Positions 59,230 to 64,000 of a stretch of 64,000 nt of DNA are shown here, in pieces (the first letter of the stretch is position 1; the number at the start of each line of letters is the position of its first letter). The DNA is from a virus. Lineage: Duplodnaviria; Heunggongvirae; Uroviricota; Caudoviricetes. The notes beneath the pieces were generated by a model. It was not told where the DNA came from. It worked only from the letters and a program-made list of their open reading frames with translations, and ran no database searches. The stretch lies in the IMG/VR virus record IMGVR_UViG_3300011008_000003, one strand, 5' to 3'. A program made the translations under genes and the position numbers.

Positions 59230-59952
59230 ATGAAGTATTATTTGAACAAGGAAACCGTTCCGTGGCGCACCATCATCAATGAACATCGCCGTTGGTATCA
59301 GTGGTATAACAGCCACACAATTCGCTGCGACATCAAGGGAATGGAAAACCTTTGGTTTAAGGATAACTCTCAGGGCGACTGGGGCGTAGAAATCCAAGAA
59401 CAGTGCAATATGGCATGGCTGCAGGGTAACCATACGGCATACTTCACTAAGCATCAGGCTGTGCTGAACCTCAAGCATGTTCCGAAGGCTATCAAGGAAG
59501 CGGATTACAAGGACTTCTATGACTGGATGTCTGCTGTCTGGAAACATATCTCGGCTGCCCGTGCTAAGGCAAAATTCAAGGCGAATGCGAAAGAATCCAA
59601 CCGTAAAACCGAACAGGCCTTGGAATTCATGAACTTCAAGGACGAAATGGAACCGATGGCGAAGAGGCTGGGATTCGAACCGACCTCGAACGTTCCGGAA
59701 AGTTGTAAGAAGATCAAGCTGGCAAACGGCAAGGTTGGACTGTTCACCTGGAATGACGTCTGGGCACAGCATCCTGATAAGGGCTGGAGAAAGGATTCCG
59801 TTCAGTTCAAAAAGAAGAGACTGAAGGTGACGGCTGACATCCAGCGTTCGGGTAACAAGCTTACCATTCAGGGTATTCCGTCGGAAAGAATGCGTGACGC
59901 TCTGTTGGTGGTCTGTAAGTTACTAGAACGTGACGGCAACACCGGCAAATAA
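59230..59952 (+). CDS. hypothetical protein
   Basis: Promoter and GAGG RBS. Confidence 0.8.
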   Translation: MKYYLNKETVPWRTIINEHRRWYQWYNSHTIRCDIKGMENLWFKDNSQGDWGVEIQEQCNMAWLQGNHTAYFTKHQAVLNLKHVPKAIKEADYKDFYDWMSAVWKHISAARAKAKFKANAKESNRKTEQALEFMNFKDEMEPMAKRLGFEPTSNVPESCKKIKLANGKVGLFTWNDVWAQHPDKGWRKDSVQFKKKRLKVTADIQRSGNKLTIQGIPSERMRDALLVVCKLLERDGNTGK

Positions 59953-60028
59953 TCTTTAGACGTTTTGCTTTACAAAGTCTATTGAAATTCCTAAATTTAA
60001 ATCAAACAACAACGAAAAGGAACCCAAA

Positions 60029-60088
60029 ATGAAAGAAATAGAGCTCGCCAAACGTATTCAGAAAATCCTCGAAGACCTTTGGTGCTAA
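60029..60088 (+). CDS. 19 aa micropeptide MKEIELAKRIQKILEDLWC
   Basis: Own promoter (TTTACA 59969) and AAAGGA RBS. Confidence 0.55.
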   Translation: MKEIELAKRIQKILEDLWC

Positions 60089-60169
60089 TCCGACGATAAA
60101 TCGACTAAGAAAAAAGTTGACAAAATCTTCAGATTATTCTATATTTAAATCAAACAATGGAGGCTATAA

Positions 60170-60562
60170 ATGAAAGAATCTGATATGGAAATCGTTAAGA
60201 ACATGACGGACGCCAAGCTCATCGTCGCAATCCGTGATGCTGTTCCGGACGCCAAGGACACGATGCGTGCCCAGGACATCTGTAACAAGAAGCGTTACGC
60301 CGAAGACCGTTCGATGCTTGCCAACAAGCAGTTGAAGGCGATTACCGACACTTCGAAGTTCTACCGTCGAGCCAAGGCGTTTCTGTTAAAGGAAATCGAC
60401 ATCAAGCTCAACGACACCATCTTCTACAAGTGCAATACCATCAACGCAAAGAACTTCATCAGTTCAATGAAGCAGATGGTCAAAGCCAACCGTGAAACCA
60501 TGGAGGCTCTGGACGCGTTGAATTGCCGCGTTCAGAGGTCAAAGAATACGGTAGCAATATGA
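60170..60562 (+). CDS. hypothetical protein
   Basis: Promoter and GGAGG RBS. Confidence 0.8.
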   Translation: MKESDMEIVKNMTDAKLIVAIRDAVPDAKDTMRAQDICNKKRYAEDRSMLANKQLKAITDTSKFYRRAKAFLLKEIDIKLNDTIFYKCNTINAKNFISSMKQMVKANRETMEALDALNCRVQRSKNTVAI

Positions 60563-60897
60563 AAAGCAAAGAGTACAAGGCAAAACGGAAAGAAGTCGCG
60601 GACTTGCTCGAGACCTTCGGTCACGAGTATACCCACGACGAATTCCAGCGAATAGTATATAAGCTGACCGGTGCTCTTGTAGTCGCAGACAAGCCGAACA
60701 ATAAAATTCGAATACACAAGACCTTCCGCATGGTCGAATGCGCTCCGAAAGAACGTAACGGGAACTGGTGGGGTCTTAACGGGACATACATCAAACCCCC
60801 GAAGGCCACCATCAACTCTCGCTGTCACTACAACTGGGCATTGGTAAAACGTGTTTTAAAATCTATTTCATCTTTAAAGGAGAACCAACAGCTATGA
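60559..60897 (+). CDS. hypothetical protein
   Basis: ATGA coupling. Confidence 0.7.
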   Translation: MKSKEYKAKRKEVADLLETFGHEYTHDEFQRIVYKLTGALVVADKPNNKIRIHKTFRMVECAPKERNGNWWGLNGTYIKPPKATINSRCHYNWALVKRVLKSISSLKENQQL

Positions 60898-61028
60898 ACA
60901 AGAAGGACCGTGAGGAATACGAACGGCAGCTTGACATCGTAGAGAAACGAATCATTGCTGGCAAGCAGAGATTCGGCGATCCGGGCCTACGTAAGTATTA
61001 TCTGAACAAGCTCAGGGAAGCCAAGTAA
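60894..61028 (+). CDS. 44 aa hypothetical protein
   Basis: AGGAG RBS, ATGA coupling. Confidence 0.6.
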   Translation: MNKKDREEYERQLDIVEKRIIAGKQRFGDPGLRKYYLNKLREAK

Positions 61029-61117
61029 AAAACACTTAAAAGATTTTATTTACGAGGCTTTTGAAATTTTCTATATTTAAATCAAACGGTTAAACAATTA
61101 ACAACAAGAGGTAAAAA

Positions 61118-61306
61118 ATGAAGGTTTCCGTTCTCACCCGCACTGAAGAATCCGGTCGTCGTATCATCCACGGCATCTACGTGGACGACGAAAAGGGCAC
61201 GTCCGTCGAAAAGGCCCGCAAGGCCAAGGCAGATATGCTCAAGTTCTACCACGCTCCGAGTCGTCTCTGCATGGACACCGAAATCGACACGAGGGAGGCA
61301 GAATAA
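61118..61306 (+). CDS. hypothetical protein
   Basis: Promoter and RBS. Confidence 0.7.
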   Translation: MKVSVLTRTEESGRRIIHGIYVDDEKGTSVEKARKAKADMLKFYHAPSRLCMDTEIDTREAE

Positions 61307-61641
61307 TGGCTACCAAGAAAACAGCTAAGCCGGTTGAAAAGCCGGCTGGCACTTACCTCGTAGTCGTGGCTGAATACGACGAATGCGGTTCTGACGGACT
61401 CGCAATCGACAATGCTCTAGGATTCGACACGCCGGAAGACGCAGCGAAGTTCATCGCGGAAGATTTCAATGACACGATCAGCAGCATGGTCGAAAGCGGA
61501 GACATCGACGAAGACAAGATGCTCGACGAAGCCAGAGTTCTCACGAAGATTAAGAAGTTGGGTGTCGAAGAGAACGCGGAATGGGACACGCCTGTAGAAA
61601 CTCTGACACAGGTCAAGTGGAAAGTCTTCCGTAAGGGCTAA
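61306..61641 (+). CDS. hypothetical acidic protein
   Basis: GGAGG RBS. Confidence 0.75.
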   Translation: MATKKTAKPVEKPAGTYLVVVAEYDECGSDGLAIDNALGFDTPEDAAKFIAEDFNDTISSMVESGDIDEDKMLDEARVLTKIKKLGVEENAEWDTPVETLTQVKWKVFRKG

Positions 61642-61747
61642 ACCGTCGAAAAACTTCTAAAATATAACGTTTACGACTTGAGTATAAATTACTATATTTA
61701 AGTCGTTAACGAAACAAACAAACCATCATCAAAAAGGAAAAACCAAT

Positions 61748-62029
61748 ATGAAGTCCAATCTCTCCAATGTCAAGTCTGAAACCAAGCGCGGCCGTCTGAA
61801 GCAGGGTTCCCTCGAATACGTGCTCAAGCACGCTGTCCAGCCGAACCGCGACCGTAAGCTTCTCCAGCCGAACTGTGCTGAACGTGCACTGATGGCTGGT
61901 CACGGTGTCGACGGCTACAAGGCAATCTGGTATCGCAAGGGCGACGGAAAGAAGTTCGGCTGCAAGACCGATCAGTATTTCCACCAGACTTGCCAGAAGC
62001 TCGGGTATACCGTTATTCAAATTCAGTAG
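61748..62029 (+). CDS. hypothetical basic protein
   Basis: Promoter and AAGGA RBS. Confidence 0.75.
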   Translation: MKSNLSNVKSETKRGRLKQGSLEYVLKHAVQPNRDRKLLQPNCAERALMAGHGVDGYKAIWYRKGDGKKFGCKTDQYFHQTCQKLGYTVIQIQ

Positions 62030-62090
62030 TCTTTTTCTCCTGATGGGTGGTGGAACGTTCCCTAGTAGGACTTCCGAACGGGAACAGCAC

Positions 62091-62174
62091 GGCCTTGTGG
62101 CGGAATAGGTAGACGCTGCAGACTTAAAATCTGTTGGGAGATTTCCCGTGTCGGTTCGAGTCCGACCTTGGTCA
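62091..62174 (+). tRNA. tRNA-Leu(TAA), mismatched acceptor stem, no encoded CCA
   Basis: TGGCGGAATAGGTAGACGC D-arm, GCAGA-CTTAAAA-TCTGT, long variable arm, GTCGGTTCGAGTCCGAC. Confidence 0.85.
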
Positions 62175-62207
62175 TTTCTGTATTAGCCTCCTTCTTTGGG
62201 TTGAAGG

Positions 62208-62243
62208 GAACCGGTGGATCCGTAAGGGTCTGCCGGTTTTTTA
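62208..62243 (+). terminator. intrinsic terminator
   Basis: ACCGGTGGATCC/GGGTCTGCCGGT-T run. Confidence 0.7.
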
Positions 62244-62294
62244 TTCTTAATTATTTTTATTTACAAGATATTCAGAATTTACTATATTATAGTC

Positions 62295-62597
62295 ATGATG
62301 GAAATGAATAAGAAAATAAAAATTGTCTACAAGGATAGCTTGTCTGGTGAAACCAACGAACGCGAGATAAAGCTCCGGAACATCCTGGACCTTATGAAAC
62401 ATACGGGATTCAGTGAACTATACTTCTGGAACAATTATGTTGGCAGACTGGCCAAGATAATGATCTTCGATGATAAACTGGTTAAATGGTTTGACAAGGA
62501 AGGTGTTGAACATACCGACTACGAGAAGCTGGTAGATACGTTGTCGGTTTACGCCGAACAGACGAAACTAAAAGATGCCCTGGCAAGTCTGAATTAA
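62295..62597 (+). CDS. C-terminal tag family protein
   Basis: Ends KDALASLN; leaderless. Confidence 0.75.
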   Translation: MMEMNKKIKIVYKDSLSGETNEREIKLRNILDLMKHTGFSELYFWNNYVGRLAKIMIFDDKLVKWFDKEGVEHTDYEKLVDTLSVYAEQTKLKDALASLN

Positions 62598-62667
62598 AAC
62601 TCAATTAGATTTTGATTTACAAGACTTTTAGAATTTTCTATATTATAGTCATGCAAGAGAGGTTAAA

Positions 62668-62994
62668 ATGGTAATTCACGGTACTAATAGTGATGACATG
62701 CCGATACTGTTCGATACGACGAAGATCGATGCAACATACTGTTGCCAGAATGATCATGGTTTATGGAAAGTTGTGTTGACCCTTAGTAACGGTCTGGAAT
62801 TCTGGTTGCCGCGATATAACACTATCAAAATCAACGGCGTCAACATTATGCATGAGGGCGATATGGCTAAGTGTAAGAAGATGGCTGAGATTATCAATAC
62901 CATTATCGAACTCGAACGTCAGGACCCTCCGGTAGATATGGACAAGTTCTCGAAACTCGGTAAGGACGAGCCGAAGAGAAAAAAGTCAAAATAA
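62668..62994 (+). CDS. hypothetical protein
   Basis: Promoter and RBS. Confidence 0.7.
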   Translation: MVIHGTNSDDMPILFDTTKIDATYCCQNDHGLWKVVLTLSNGLEFWLPRYNTIKINGVNIMHEGDMAKCKKMAEIINTIIELERQDPPVDMDKFSKLGKDEPKRKKSK

Positions 62995-63050
62995 ATCGTT
63001 TACAACATTTGAATATTTTTCTATATTTAAATCAAACAAAAGAGGTTAAT

Positions 63051-63335
63051 ATGTATCTTACTCGTTCCAAGAATCCCCGCAAGTTCGTCAAGCTCTCCGA
63101 AAAGGAATACTTGGCTGAATGTCAAAAGTCTGTCCGTCCGTCCCCGGATATTCACGTCGACTTGTTCGTGAACGCCAAAGACGAAATCCGTCTGGTGATT
63201 ACGTCGATGAATCCGGAACGTCGCTACACGACCGATGAAGTTCTCCCGGTAACCTGGTATCGCGAAGAGCTCGCCGGCAAGAAGGATCGCATCCGTCACG
63301 CCGTGGCTCACTTCAAGAACCATATCAGGTTCTAG
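63051..63335 (+). CDS. hypothetical protein
   Basis: Promoter and GAGG RBS. Confidence 0.75.
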   Translation: MYLTRSKNPRKFVKLSEKEYLAECQKSVRPSPDIHVDLFVNAKDEIRLVITSMNPERRYTTDEVLPVTWYREELAGKKDRIRHAVAHFKNHIRF

Positions 63336-63338
63336 TCT

Positions 63339-63659
63339 ATGGCTGGTTATCCGATGAGTAACATTACCATGAAGATGGATGAGATTAACAAACATCTTTA
63401 TGATACTTGTTACATGATGGATGCTGTCTGGAGCGACTTCTATGGGATAAATCACAACAAGAATGGAAAGGTTCATATCAGGTTACTGACTGGGCCTGCA
63501 CCCGGATGGTTCGATGCTGTCACGTGGACAATAGACATCGACGACATCACCGCAGGGAGACTCGACCTGAAACTGCAGGAAATAGTCAAATTCGGCGATA
63601 ACTGGAAACAGCGTCTGATAGGACTCGACACGGAATATGCGATAGAAAACTTGCAATAA
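63339..63659 (+). CDS. C-terminal tag family protein
   Basis: Ends EYAIENLQ. Confidence 0.75.
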   Translation: MAGYPMSNITMKMDEINKHLYDTCYMMDAVWSDFYGINHNKNGKVHIRLLTGPAPGWFDAVTWTIDIDDITAGRLDLKLQEIVKFGDNWKQRLIGLDTEYAIENLQ

Positions 63660-63709
63660 AAACTCCACCCAGGGGTTGACAAGAGCGAAATAAAATGGTA
63701 TATTATTGA

Positions 63710-63842
63710 GGTAGCGCATGCCATAGCGCTTTCCTCAGGGGCGACCTTGTTTGGCCGCGAGTTGCCATTTTTATCGCGGAGTTTGTTGGTCGTCCCAGCC
63801 ATGACAGGGTTTTTCGTTGTTATTACCTGTCATGGCTTTTTT
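63710..63842 (+). ncRNA. candidate ~130 nt structured sRNA
   Basis: TTGACA-17-TATATT upstream, nested stems, 12 bp terminator, no ORF. Confidence 0.6.
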
Positions 63843-64000
63843 GTTTTATTATATCGTATTTGATTTATACGGCTTTAAAATATAATAGGCCTATAGATTA
63901 TACTCTTTTTTAAAACAAGTCTTTAAAACACGTTTACCACAGACCGCCTCGGTCAAAAAATAGTCAAAAATAATAGTTTACAACCTTGTCGAATTTTTCT

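Larger units (their letters stand above)
47999..63982 (+). promoter_or_regulatory. series of ~20 early sigma70-like promoters TT(T/G)AC(A/G)-N17-TATATT
   Basis: -35 starts include 47999, 49061, 51073, 53146, 53643, 54797, 56337, 56853, 58401, 60117, 61049, 61670, 62260, 62616, 62999, 63676. Confidence 0.85.

Noticed and set aside
22788-63659. C-terminal motif as a mere by-product of overlapping promoter or RBS DNA
   Set aside because: It overlaps promoter DNA in some cases (29310, 43.8-45.9 kb), but it persists with varied codons in genes that have no downstream promoter, so protein-level selection is more likely.
1-64000. Alternative genetic code to explain the many short ORFs
   Set aside because: Core genes are full-length in code 11, and the short ORFs end mostly in TAA or TGA with coupled starts and a shared terminal motif.

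Overview
This 64 kb window is part of a large T4-like (Tevenvirinae-type or jumbo) myophage genome. The host is probably an anaerobe such as Fibrobacter, a tentative inference from codon style and the GroEL, sigma70 and MoxR types. The left half (mostly minus strand) holds T4 core homologues (RNase H, gp2, gp3-like, gp68-like, gp44, gp45, gp46, gp47), nucleotide metabolism genes (frd, cd, td, dNMP kinase), an amidase, an SLT lysozyme, an SprT protease, a rhomboid protease, a host-like sigma70 and homing nucleases. T4-type late promoters (TATAAATA) occur there too. The right half carries groEL, a vWA/MoxR pair, a tRNA-Leu(TAA) and many early genes behind TT(T/G)AC(A/G)-N17-TATATT promoters. The most striking feature is about 43 small, highly divergent ORFs (22.8-31.1 kb, 42.2-47.1 kb and scattered to 63.7 kb) that all end in the same amphipathic C-terminal helix (e.g. 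..AIE.LE*). This tail is fused to several unrelated N-terminal domains, and many of the genes appear to be leaderless promoter-gene cassettes. Also notable: a ~650 nt structured non-coding region upstream of groEL, a fixed-position C(C/T)G promoter motif near -62, two sRNA-like units and an iteron-rich non-coding region. All calls come from reading motifs by eye; no database search was run.
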